This document shows positions 51,623-61,500 of a DNA stretch of 64,000 bases, piece by piece (position 1 is the stretch's first letter; the number at the start of each line of letters is the position of its first letter). A program made the position numbers and the translations under genes. A model generated the notes under the pieces. That model was not told the DNA's origin. It was given only the letters and a program-made list of their open reading frames with translations, and did not search any database. The stretch is from positions 123,538 through 187,537 of the forward strand of contig JAVCDE010000024.1 of assembly GCA_030765185.1 (NCBI GenBank), in the 5' to 3' direction. The stretch comes from Candidatus Aceula meridiana (lineage in GTDB: Bacteria; Omnitrophota; Gorgyraeia; Zapsychrales; Aceulaceae).

Positions 51623-52625
51623 TCTTAATTTTCAACATAAGAACCATCAAATCCCTATCAAAACCATGAAAATATTGATTAAGCTTTACGGCATCCTTTT
51701 GAGTCGTCACAATCGTTGTGATATGCCTTTCCTGACAATAGCGGTTAATCTTTTGAACATCTCCACTGTCATAGACATGATGATCCCTAAAAATAAAATT
51801 CTTAACTACCTGCGCGCCAAGCCCGGTCAAAGTCTTCTCAAAAGATTCCGGAGACGCAATCGCTGAAAAACAGCAGACATTTCTTTTTTCTAAAAAAGAT
51901 AAAGGCTTGCTCTCTTGAGAATTCCTAGCATCTAAAAGTGCAACTGGCTGATGAACTGCTTCAGCAATGGAAATCGTCGGGCAGAGACTCAATACTTTTT
52001 CACGAATTTCTTCAATATTTACCTTTCCTAAATCTGATTTTGTCAACATAACAAAATCAGCTCGCTTCAGAGCGCTTAACGGTTCCCTTAAAAATCCCCG
52101 AGGAATTAACTGCCCATTTAAATGAGAAGCCGTGCTATCTATGGTAATAATGTCTAAATCCCGTTTTAATTTAAAATGTTGAAATCCGTCATCTAAAATA
52201 AAAACATCGATCTTCTCTTCTTGAAAAGCCTTAGATGCTTGAGCGAACCGATCTTTGCCGATAAGGACCAAAACATCTTCAAGGTTTGCCTCTAAAAGAC
52301 GTGCCTCATCATAAACACCTTCTTCAAGGCTATATCCTCGCGTTAAAATTGCAGGCCTTAGTCCCTCTTGCCGGCAAAGTTCAGCCAAATATTGGACTAA
52401 AGGTGTTTTTCCGCTACCGCCTAAAGTAATGTTGCCTACGCTGATGACTTTGCAAGGCAATGTCTTTTGCGGTAAAACCCCCGCCTGATAAGCCCACACC
52501 AGCAACCTTATACCTAGCCCGTAGATAAAAGAAAATAGCCATAAAATAACTTTTACCACTTTAGCTGCAATGCTATTATTTTTATCTTTCGCTAATGACA
52601 ACCAATAGGAATCTATATTTCTCAT
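51561..52625 (-). CDS. lpxK: Tetraacyldisaccharide 4'-kinase
   Basis: ISVGNITLGGSGKTP, LTRGY, DE, LDDGFQH..L.RD.DI, P.G.LREP, F.DHH, TT.KDAVKL. Confidence 0.96.
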   Translation of the reverse strand: MRNIDSYWLSLAKDKNNSIAAKVVKVILWLFSFIYGLGIRLLVWAYQAGVLPQKTLPCKVISVGNITLGGSGKTPLVQYLAELCRQEGLRPAILTRGYSLEEGVYDEARLLEANLEDVLVLIGKDRFAQASKAFQEEKIDVFILDDGFQHFKLKRDLDIITIDSTASHLNGQLIPRGFLREPLSALKRADFVMLTKSDLGKVNIEEIREKVLSLCPTISIAEAVHQPVALLDARNSQESKPLSFLEKRNVCCFSAIASPESFEKTLTGLGAQVVKNFIFRDHHVYDSGDVQKINRYCQERHITTIVTTQKDAVKLNQYFHGFDRDLMVLMLKIKIDITKGKEEIEKRIFCLLGC

Positions 52626-53878
52626 ACTAAGATATTGGAAATAATGTTAATGGTTTTATCTACTGCACCTTGCTGGTTTTCAATAACTTCACGGGCTTTT
52701 AATCCTAGTTCCTCGCATCGGGCTTCGTCCTTTAAAAGCTCCTGAACAACCTTTACAAATTCTTTTTCATCTTTAACCTGAATGATAGCATTGTTGTCTA
52801 AAAAGAGTTGCGTTACATCAAGAAAATTATCCATATACGGGCCAACAATGATGGGTTTTTCAAAATACGCCGGCTCAATAATATTATGCCCACCTCTTCT
52901 TGTTAAACTCTTTCCAACAAAAACAATTTTTGCCAAACTGTATAATGCCCTCAAGTGTCCTATCGTATCAACGACGACAACCGTATCTTGATTAAAGACT
53001 AAATCATGGGTCTGCGAAAACTTAACAGCTTCAAGTTTTTTAGCCTCAACTAAAGCGCAAACCTCATCAGTTCTCTCAGGATGGCGTGGGGCAATGATGA
53101 GCCTAAGTGACGGAAACTTTTTTTTAATTTTTTTAAAAAGATTTAAAACAATTTCTTCCTCACCTGAATGCGTGCTTCCGGCCACTAAGATTTCTTCATT
53201 GTCATCAACGCGTAGACCTTTAAGCTGTGAATCGTTAATCTCAGGAATATCATCAAATTTAATATTGCCAACAACGTGTACTTTATTGCTCGATGCTCCT
53301 AGCGTCCTAATCCGATTTGCATCGCGATCGGTCTGCATGCAAAATTGCCATACATATCCCAAAACTGGCTTGATAAAAACTTTCAAACGTTGATATCCCT
53401 CAAATGCTTTATCAGAAATACGTCCGTTAACCTGAACGATCGGAATACCCCTCTTGTGAAGCGCAGTTAAAAGATTCGGCCAAATCTCAGTTTCTGTATT
53501 AATAAAAATTTGTGGTTGTAAAATGCGGATATACTTTCTAACAACAAAGCTGAAATCTAAAGGTGCGAAAATAACAACATCTTCATCTTTGGCAATCGAC
53601 TTCGCTAGATTGTATCCTGTCTTTGTAACCGTGGAGATAATAATTTGGTAGCCCAAAAAACATTGATGTATCTTTTTAATAAGGTTCTTCACAACTAAGA
53701 CCTCACCGACACTAACCGCATGAATCCAAATCTTTTTCTTATTGTTAAGCCCCAATGCCTTTGCATCTAGAGCCCCGAAACGCATCAAAAAACCTTTGTG
53801 GAGCTTGCCTTTCACAACAAGTATCAGAAAATAAAAAATAGAAAATAAAAGAAATACTAAATCGTAAAGAATAAACAT
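52622..53878 (-). CDS. waaA: Kdo transferase
   Basis: IWIHAVSVGE, T.TG, PLD, ETEIWPN, NGRIS, GNIKFD, AGSTH.GEE, APRHPER, GGHN.IEPA. Confidence 0.96.
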   Translation of the reverse strand: MFILYDLVFLLFSIFYFLILVVKGKLHKGFLMRFGALDAKALGLNNKKKIWIHAVSVGEVLVVKNLIKKIHQCFLGYQIIISTVTKTGYNLAKSIAKDEDVVIFAPLDFSFVVRKYIRILQPQIFINTETEIWPNLLTALHKRGIPIVQVNGRISDKAFEGYQRLKVFIKPVLGYVWQFCMQTDRDANRIRTLGASSNKVHVVGNIKFDDIPEINDSQLKGLRVDDNEEILVAGSTHSGEEEIVLNLFKKIKKKFPSLRLIIAPRHPERTDEVCALVEAKKLEAVKFSQTHDLVFNQDTVVVVDTIGHLRALYSLAKIVFVGKSLTRRGGHNIIEPAYFEKPIIVGPYMDNFLDVTQLFLDNNAIIQVKDEKEFVKVVQELLKDEARCEELGLKAREVIENQQGAVDKTINIISNILV

Positions 53879-54738
53879 TATGCCCTCGGGTGTGCCTTAT
53901 TGTAGATGTTTTTTAATTTTTCCGTTGTCATGTGCGTATAAATCTGGGTCGTTGATAAATTCACGTGGCCTAAAAGTTCCTGAACGCTGCGCAAATCTGC
54001 CCCAGCATTTAAAAGATGTGTCGCAAACGAATGGCGCATCGCATGGGGTGAAATCTTACTCTGAATACTTGTATTTAAAATGTGCTTGTTTACGATATTG
54101 CGGATGCTTCTATCGGTTAAGCGACCGCCACGCTGATTTAAAAAAACCGCCTCGCTTTTATGCTTTCTTGTATTTAAATAGTCTCGGATAACATTAAGGG
54201 CTGTGTCTCCGATAGGAATAAGTCTTTCTTTCCTTCCCTTTCCCATAACCTTCACAATATTGCCAATAAAATCAATACGGTCGGTATTCAGGCTTACAAG
54301 TTCGCTTACGCGCATCCCCGTCGAATAAAGAGCTTCCAAAATCGCACGGTCCCGTTTAGATGCTTCATCTTTCCCTTTAGGGCTATCCATCAGCCTGCCT
54401 GCATCTGACTCGGATAAAAACTGCGGAAGCTTTTTATCAAGCTTTGGCGTCATTAAAAGAATCGCTGGGTTTTTTTTAATCAACCCTTCACGAAACAAAA
54501 ATTTAAAAAAACTACGAAGCGCAGAAAGCTTACGCGCGATGGTTCTTGGCCTTAAATCTTTTCCGCGCAAATTTCCTAAAAACCGGCGTAAATGAAAATA
54601 ATCTACACGCTCAAGAGGTCTTTCTTTTAAATACGCAAGAAACTCTATTAGATCAATCTTATAATTCAAGATCGTATGCGGCGAATAATTCTTTTCGACC
54701 TCAAGATAAGTTAAAAACTTTTCGAGATAACGATTCAT
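53878..54738 (-). CDS. xerC: Tyrosine recombinase XerC
   Basis: RD.AILE.LY.TG.RVSEL, GKG.KER, H..RHSFATHLL..GADLR.VQELLGH...TTQIY; follows dprA-topA. Confidence 0.9.
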   Translation of the reverse strand: MNRYLEKFLTYLEVEKNYSPHTILNYKIDLIEFLAYLKERPLERVDYFHLRRFLGNLRGKDLRPRTIARKLSALRSFFKFLFREGLIKKNPAILLMTPKLDKKLPQFLSESDAGRLMDSPKGKDEASKRDRAILEALYSTGMRVSELVSLNTDRIDFIGNIVKVMGKGRKERLIPIGDTALNVIRDYLNTRKHKSEAVFLNQRGGRLTDRSIRNIVNKHILNTSIQSKISPHAMRHSFATHLLNAGADLRSVQELLGHVNLSTTQIYTHMTTEKLKNIYNKAHPRA

Positions 54739-54744
54739 AAAATT

Positions 54745-56697
54745 TTATTTTGGCAAACGTCTTGAAGTAAATGTACACTTCGGATAACAGCTACATCCAT
54801 AAAATGTTGCCCCGCGCCTTGACCGACGCTCAACCAGCTCTCCGGTGCATCCATCCTCTGGGCAATCAATACCTGTTGGAAACGCCTCAGAATGTTTACA
54901 CTCAGGAAATTGCGAACAGCTTAAGAATTTTCCATTGCGTCCCCACTTAACAGCCAGGGGCTTTCCGCATAAAGGACAATTTTTATCAAAAAGCGTTATG
55001 ACCTTTTCAATTTTCTCAGTTGCATAATCAAGCTCTTCTTTAAACGGTTCATAAAATTCGTTTAAAAGCTTTGAATAATCCAACTCTCCCTCTTCAATCA
55101 AATCGAGATGCTCTTCCATCATCGCTGTAAAACCAAAATCCATAATCCTTGGAAAATACTCGACAAGCAAATCACAAATCGTTGTCCCGAGCTCTGTGGA
55201 GCTAAAATATCCTTTTTCCCGATACACATAATTACGCATGGCAAGCGTATTGATAATCGGCGCATAAGTACTCGGGCGGCCAATACCATTTTCTTCTAAA
55301 CCACGCACAAGCGTTGCTTCTGAAAAATGTGGTGGCGGCTTAGTAAAGTGTTGAGTAGGTTTGACTTCGATGAGATTCAAAGGATCATCTTTTACAAACT
55401 GAGATAAATCCATTTCAGAATCTTTACCCCTCTCATCTTGGTTTAAAGTTAAGTGACCGTCAAATTTTATACTCGAGGCTGACGCACTAAATTCAAAACG
55501 GCCGGCAGCAACAGAAATCCTCTTCTGCTTAAAAACAGCCGGGGTCATCTGACAACTTACAAACTTTCGCCAGATAAGCTCATAAATTTTATACTGCTCA
55601 TCCGTTAAAAAAGATTTAATGTCTTCTGGCCTTCGAAAAACATCACTGGGGCGAATAGCTTCGTGAGCTTCTTGTGCGCTCTTCTTGGATTTATAAACGT
55701 TTGGTGTCTCTGGCAAATATTCCTTACCATAACCTTCTTCAATAAATTTTCTTACACGGTTTTTAGCTTCGTTGGCGATGTTAACAGAATCTGTACGCAT
55801 ATATGTAATCAAACCAATGGTTTCGCCATCGCCCAAATCAATCCCTTCATAAAGTTGCTGAGCCATCATCATTGTACGCCCAGTGTTAAACCCAAGCTTG
55901 TTAAATGCAGCTTGCTGCAGCGTACTCGTGATTAAAGGCGGCGAAGGATTACGGCGGATTTCTTTTTCGGAAACATCAGAAATCACAAATTGCTCACCCT
56001 TAATTTCTTCAACAATACCATCAGTTTGCGATTGACTTTTAAGGTCTGGCTTGTCTTCTGCGATTTTATCTAAAGAAGCATTTAAAATATCTTCGCTATT
56101 TTCTTTTTTAAGATCAACTGAAACTTGCCAATATTCTTGAGGAATAAAAGCTGCAATGGCTTTATCCCTCTCAACAATCAATCGGAGGGCTACAGATTGT
56201 ACCCGGCCGGCGCTAAGGCCTGCCCCAACTTTTTTCCACAAAAGCGGGCTTAGCTGGTAACCCACTAAGCGGTCTAAAACACGACGGGCAATCTGGGCAT
56301 CAATCTTCTTAGAATCAAACTCGCGAAGATTCTCAAAGGCCTTTAAAACAGCTTCTTTGGTAATTTCATGGAAGCTAACGCGATAAACATTCTTGTCTTT
56401 GCCAATTTCGTTCGCCAGGTTCCACCCGATAGCCTCTCCCTCGCGGTCAGGGTCAGTGGCGATATAAATGTTCGTTTTTGTCTTAGCCTCCTTTTTAAGC
56501 TTAGTGAGAAGCTTTTGCTTGCTGCGGATGACAATAAGCTTCGGCTTAAAATTATTTTCTAAGTCGATACCCAAAGTTGATTTAGGAAGGTCTATCAAAT
56601 GCCCCATAGAAGAGACAACCTTATACGCCTTGCCTAAAATTTTGTTAATCGTTTTCACCTTTGCCGGTGACTCTACAATAACAAGAGATTTTGCCAT
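54745..56697 (-). CDS. topA: DNA topoisomerase I
   Basis: LVIVESPAK, ATDPDREGEAI, SAGRVQS, LITYMRTDS, AQEAHEAIRP, GIGRPSTY, C-terminal zinc ribbons. Confidence 0.98.
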   Translation of the reverse strand: MAKSLVIVESPAKVKTINKILGKAYKVVSSMGHLIDLPKSTLGIDLENNFKPKLIVIRSKQKLLTKLKKEAKTKTNIYIATDPDREGEAIGWNLANEIGKDKNVYRVSFHEITKEAVLKAFENLREFDSKKIDAQIARRVLDRLVGYQLSPLLWKKVGAGLSAGRVQSVALRLIVERDKAIAAFIPQEYWQVSVDLKKENSEDILNASLDKIAEDKPDLKSQSQTDGIVEEIKGEQFVISDVSEKEIRRNPSPPLITSTLQQAAFNKLGFNTGRTMMMAQQLYEGIDLGDGETIGLITYMRTDSVNIANEAKNRVRKFIEEGYGKEYLPETPNVYKSKKSAQEAHEAIRPSDVFRRPEDIKSFLTDEQYKIYELIWRKFVSCQMTPAVFKQKRISVAAGRFEFSASASSIKFDGHLTLNQDERGKDSEMDLSQFVKDDPLNLIEVKPTQHFTKPPPHFSEATLVRGLEENGIGRPSTYAPIINTLAMRNYVYREKGYFSSTELGTTICDLLVEYFPRIMDFGFTAMMEEHLDLIEEGELDYSKLLNEFYEPFKEELDYATEKIEKVITLFDKNCPLCGKPLAVKWGRNGKFLSCSQFPECKHSEAFPTGIDCPEDGCTGELVERRSRRGATFYGCSCYPKCTFTSRRLPK

Positions 56698-56773
56698 AAA
56701 GCCCTCATTTCGGTAATAGATAATATATAGACATTATTATAAATATTTATATAAATTAATAGTATTGGTTAAA

Positions 56774-56805
56774 GAGATCCTTCGTCACTTTCGTTCCTCA
56801 GGATA
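56774..56805. repeat. REP-like palindromic repeat half-unit
   Basis: GAGATCCTTCGTCACTTTCGTTCCTCAGGATAA resembles, from memory, the widespread extragenic 'GAGATCCTTCG...CTCAGGATGAC' repeat arm; single copy in this window. Confidence 0.45.
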
Positions 56806-56837
56806 ATATCAGAGACCTTAAGCCTAGTCTCTGATAT
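56806..56837. terminator. Perfect 11-bp hairpin downstream of dprA
   Basis: ATATCAGAGAC-N10-GTCTCTGATAT; no clear U-tract. Confidence 0.5.
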
Positions 56838-56849
56838 CATAAACGATTT

Positions 56850-57971
56850 TTAAGTTTGTGCAAATAGTTTTCCTGGGAGTTGTTTAATACGCTTTTTAAG
56901 GCTTAGGGAAAGCAGTGCAGCAGAAAGCTTTGCGGTAGTTATTTGGCATTCCAGTGCCAGTTGATCAATGTGAATCCCTTTGCTAGAAATTCTCTTGAGA
57001 ACTTCCCTCTCCTGATCGCTTAGGCCAGAGAAATCCTTTAGGTTTTCCTCATCTTGGCTTGATACAGAACGTTTAAGCTCAAGCCCTAACTCCTCGATTA
57101 CATCATAAACATTGCTAATAAGCTTCGCACCCTGCTTGATAAGATCATTCACCCCTAAAGATGACGGGCTATCGACTTGGCCTGGCACGGCAAAGACATC
57201 TTTTCCCTGTTCAAGAGCAAAATCTGCGGTGATGAGGGCTCCGCTTCTTTTAGCAGCTTCGACAACGATTACTCCTAGAGATAGGCCGCTAACGATACGG
57301 TTGCGACGCGGAAAGTTGCACGCCAAAGGTGCAGTTTGCATAGGAAATTCTGATATCACAGCTCCAGCATCAGCGATCGCATCAAATATTTTTTTATTTT
57401 CGGCAGGATAAATGCGTGCCAGGCCACTTCCTAAAACTGCAATCGTGCGCCCCCTTGCCCTCAACGCTCCTCGGTGGGCTGCGGTATCAATTCCACGCGC
57501 CATACCGGAAACCACTGTAATTCCATAATCACAAAATCCAGCGCTAAACTTTTCAGCGACAGAAACTCCGTAAATAGACGCCCGCCGTGAACCAACAATT
57601 GCAATAGCCATATCATCTTGTTTTTTAATTTTTCCCTTAACGTATAAAACAGGTGGCGGATCAGCAATCTCTTTAAGGAGTTCAGAATAACTTTTGTCGT
57701 TAAGACAGATAACCTCGACGTTGTGACGCTTGATAAGCTCATATTCTTTTTCTAAGAAAGCATCTGCCTCAAACTCTTCTATATTACCTGCAATTTTTGG
57801 CGGCACAATACCACTTGCCACGAGGTCTTTAGCAGAAACAGACAAAACTTTTTGAGGTGTTTTGAAATAAGAAATAAGCTTTGCAATGCGGACTGGCCCT
57901 AAGCCTGAAATTGCATTTAGAACAAGAAAGGCATCAAGATTTGTTATTGGGCACAGCTTTGAGGGCTTCAT
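56850..57971 (-). CDS. dprA: DNA-processing protein DprA
   Basis: L.EI.DPP.VLY.KG, AIVGSR, VSGMARGID..AH, FPRRNRI.SGLS, VVEAA..SGALITA, VFAVPG; start approximate. Confidence 0.96.
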   Translation of the reverse strand: MKPSKLCPITNLDAFLVLNAISGLGPVRIAKLISYFKTPQKVLSVSAKDLVASGIVPPKIAGNIEEFEADAFLEKEYELIKRHNVEVICLNDKSYSELLKEIADPPPVLYVKGKIKKQDDMAIAIVGSRRASIYGVSVAEKFSAGFCDYGITVVSGMARGIDTAAHRGALRARGRTIAVLGSGLARIYPAENKKIFDAIADAGAVISEFPMQTAPLACNFPRRNRIVSGLSLGVIVVEAAKRSGALITADFALEQGKDVFAVPGQVDSPSSLGVNDLIKQGAKLISNVYDVIEELGLELKRSVSSQDEENLKDFSGLSDQEREVLKRISSKGIHIDQLALECQITTAKLSAALLSLSLKKRIKQLPGKLFAQT

Positions 57972-58449
57972 CAACAACCTGCGCAATCGTTTTTTCACTC
58001 GTGTCTATAGTAATGTCGGCTTTCGCGTAAAACGGCTCACGGAAGCTCAAAAGTTCATTAATTTTTCCCTTAGGGTCTTCGACATTTAAAAGCGGACGGT
58101 GCTTATGATTCTTTGTGCGGTCATGAATTTTATCGGTCGAGGTTTTAAGATAGATAATAACGCCGCTTTTCTTTAAATTTGCAACGTTTTCATCCTGTAA
58201 AACAATACCACCGCCGCAATCAATCACTAGGTTTTCTTTTTCGCTTATTTCACCAACAATCTGTTTTTCAAGATCACGAAAGTATTTCTCTCCCTCTTTT
58301 TCAAAAATATCTGTAATCGGCTTTCCCTCTTTCGCTACAATCAAAGCGTCTGTAGACACAAGCTTGTGTCCTAAACGGCCAGCCACTTCTTTGGCTACAA
58401 CAGTTTTTCCGGCACCCATAAATCCAACTAAAGCAATATTTGTTTTCAT
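57934..58449 (-). CDS. aroK: Shikimate kinase
   Basis: NIALVGFMGAGKT, IF...GE..FR..E, GGG.V, RPLL, R.P.Y..AD; start placed at MKTNIAL (58449). Confidence 0.95.
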   Translation of the reverse strand: MKTNIALVGFMGAGKTVVAKEVAGRLGHKLVSTDALIVAKEGKPITDIFEKEGEKYFRDLEKQIVGEISEKENLVIDCGGGIVLQDENVANLKKSGVIIYLKTSTDKIHDRTKNHKHRPLLNVEDPKGKINELLSFREPFYAKADITIDTSEKTIAQVVDEALKAVPNNKS

Positions 58450-58456
58450 AGCAAGA

Positions 58457-58485
58457 ATTGTAACATATGCCCTGATTGGCGTCAA
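58457..58485 (-). promoter_or_regulatory. Near-consensus sigma70 promoter, probably giving a leaderless aroK mRNA
   Basis: TTGACG-N17-TACAAT with extended TGt; the ATG lies 7 nt after the -10. Confidence 0.7.
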
Positions 58486-58487
58486 TC

Positions 58488-58527
58488 AAAGCAAAACCCC
58501 TCTGTCAGGACGAACTTGACAAAGGGG
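58488..58527 (-). terminator. Rho-independent terminator of the giant-protein gene
   Basis: Minus-strand CCCCTTTGTCA...TGACAGAGGGG hairpin followed by TTTTGCTTT, about 26 nt after the stop. Confidence 0.85.
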
Positions 58528-58553
58528 TCTGAGAGACTATTAAATACCTATCT

Positions 58554-61500
58554 TTAATTTAAATAGCTTATTTGCCTTGGCTCATCCGCTAAAAGCTCTA
58601 CAGTTTCACTTTCGATATTCTCATCTTTCACGCTATATCCTAAAAGCATCGGAAGGTTAGTAACGATTGTATAATTAAGAATCACCGGCACCAACCCGTT
58701 GATATTAATATTCTCAAGATCCTGTAACTTCATTGGAAGCGACACACCGTTTTCATCGCGCTTAATCTGTAAGTCAAACTTATCCTTGTTAAAGTCAATA
58801 CCACCAGGAGATGAAACTGCTATTTTTCCAGCTGTAGGGGGGGGAATAGTGCTATCCGAAGCAGGGACATGATGGGTTTTTAAGGAGATTCCAGCGTTCG
58901 CAACCGAATTTTTAATCATCTGAACAGGTCTTTTTAAATTTTCTTGCATCTCGCTGCTCTTATAAAAATCAATAACATGCTGATTCTTTCCACTAGCAAT
59001 ATCTGCTGCCCAATATCCCTGAGCCAAACGTGTTTTATCTAAATCAATAAAGGAAAGCTTCCCAGCATCGATAAATTCATTTAAAAAAAGATAGTTGCCC
59101 GGCCAAGCTGTATTAATTCCTAAAGGAAGAGGCGTTTTCTCAATATCAATGCCTACTTCCTTTATAACTTTGAGGGCCTCTTTTAAATGTTCAGGAATTT
59201 TCACGCTGTTAAACTGGATCGCAGGCTGATACCCTTCTTCAATAAGATTCTTAATGACTTCTAGTTCAATCTTAAAAAGTTGCCTAGTGTCGCCTTCGCG
59301 GATAAGTGCATCTAGCCCGGCTACGCCTAAAGGAGGATTCACTTCTTCCGGTGAAAAAACACGCCCACCTCTTAATCCTGAAAAATCATCACTTTCCATA
59401 TCAGAAGTTTCAAAAACAAAAGGCTCGCCCGCCTTAACATAATGCTTAATATAATTCGTAAGCATAATCTGATAGGCCTCTGTGGCATCATTGGCCTGCA
59501 GCTTCTTAATGATTGATTCAATCTCGTCGATAACAAAGTCCCCGAGCTTTTCCTTCCTTGCATCGGAAGAAAGCTCATCGTAGGCGTAAAAAGCTAAAGG
59601 ATGAACTTTTATAAACTTATAAAAATCACTGACTTTAATTGAGTTTCCTAAATCTTCAACTTTAGGCTCTCTGGCCTCCTGCGCAATAACGCCAGTAATT
59701 TTACTTTCTTTAGCCGGAACTTGAATCTCAACTTTAACTTCTTGCTTGTAAATTCTTTGATTTAGAAAATCAACGGTAATCATTTGCTTATCAGGCAAAC
59801 GATTAAAATAATCAAGTTGACCTTGATTAGAAAAAATAACCGGAACTCCTAATTCTTTAATTTTCTCAACAATTTCTTGAGAGATATCTTTCGTTGTTAC
59901 AACAGCTCCTAAACGGCTAATCTGGTCTTTTATCTTGTCATCTGAAAAATCAATGAGAATTTCAGGATCTAAAGAAACAAAATCTCCGATATAGGTCTCT
60001 TCAAAATCCCCTTGTTTCTTGACATGAAAAAATAACCGGGTTGCCGCACCACGCTTTAAATCACTTTCAAAATCTGATATTACAACAGAATTAACAACAG
60101 GGTCTTTGACAACACCATGCTTAAGAGTTGCGGCTGCTGAGCGGATAATAGTTTTTTCGGTCCCTAAATAATCGGTGCCGGCATAACCGCCGGTTGATCC
60201 TAACATCATCAAAATTTCTTCGGCAGTCTCGGGATCTTTTTCGACAAGATTAACAATGGCCTGGCCGCAGAGCCCGCACTTTATATTATATTTTTTTGCA
60301 ATGTTAACTACATGGCGAATCGATTCAATAACAAAAGGATGGGCCTCGTTCATCAGGTGTTTCATGTCGTGATTATCACGGTCAGCGCCCATGGTCGTCT
60401 GAGTTAAATCATTGGTTCCAAATGAGAAAAAGCTAGCGCGCTTGAAACTCTTTACGTCAAAATTTTCTTTGAACCATTTTGTAATTTCTTTTTGATGTCG
60501 GTTTAAAATTTTTGCAAATTCATCCGCCTGGATAACATTGCTGGGAAGCTCGATCATCTGCCCGACCTCGCGGATATAAACCACTTCTCCGGCCTCTTTG
60601 CTGAAAGTTTTTTCTTCTTCTTCTAAAATTGTCAAAAGCTCATCTAGCTCCTGCGGTGTCGCGACAAATGGAAACATAAAGCCAAGATTCTTATATCCTT
60701 GTGCAATCTGGCGCAACAGCATACGGATTTCTTCCCTTAAAATAATTTGATTTTCTTTTCGCAAAAGCCATCGTGCTCCACGCTCACCGATCATGGTGGC
60801 TGGTTCAGGATTTGGGTCAAACATTTTTGAGCCAATAAGACTTCTAGCTTCATTTTTCTTAAAATCAATGCTGCGATAAACAACCGTGTTATCTTGCTGA
60901 CTGTTCGCGGCTGCCATTAAGCTAACAGCCCCACCATGAACAGCTGCAAAAAACTCATCATAAGTTAGATATCCTTTAAGACGCTCAGAAAGCTCCTTAA
61001 TAACTTTTATTTCTCCGTCTGTGCGAAGAGAGTCATGCTGAATTGTCCAGAGGTCTTTCTTGCCTGTCTCCGATAAGCTATTAACAAATCCCTCAGGGTT
61101 CCCCTTGTCAAAACTGTCCATAAAACTCTGGATAACCTTTTCAGCGCGAGACATTGGAACAGGCACTTCCTCTCTTCTTGATTTTTCTCTTCTGGCAAGT
61201 TCATCTTCAAACCGGTGAACAGCATCTTTTTCATCTTTATTGAGACCTTCATAATATTTTGTTGCCTGACGATAATCCGTATTCATCATCAAATAGGTGT
61301 AAATAAGAAAATTATCGTAGGCCACACCTGCGCGGGGATTAATATTTTCTTCTCCATAAACAAACTCGGCCCGCATCAAAGCAACACCTGAAAATCCTGG
61401 ATATTGCGCCATCTTTGACATGGTGAGCATAGGGTGAGGCATGCCCATGATATATCCTACTTTGGTATAAACTTTAGGCAAGCGGCTAATATCAATTTTA

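Noticed and set aside
53878-54738. Tyrosine recombinase as a prophage or island integrase
   Set aside because: Size, motifs and the dprA-topA-xerC context indicate chromosomal XerC. There are no att sites or phage genes.
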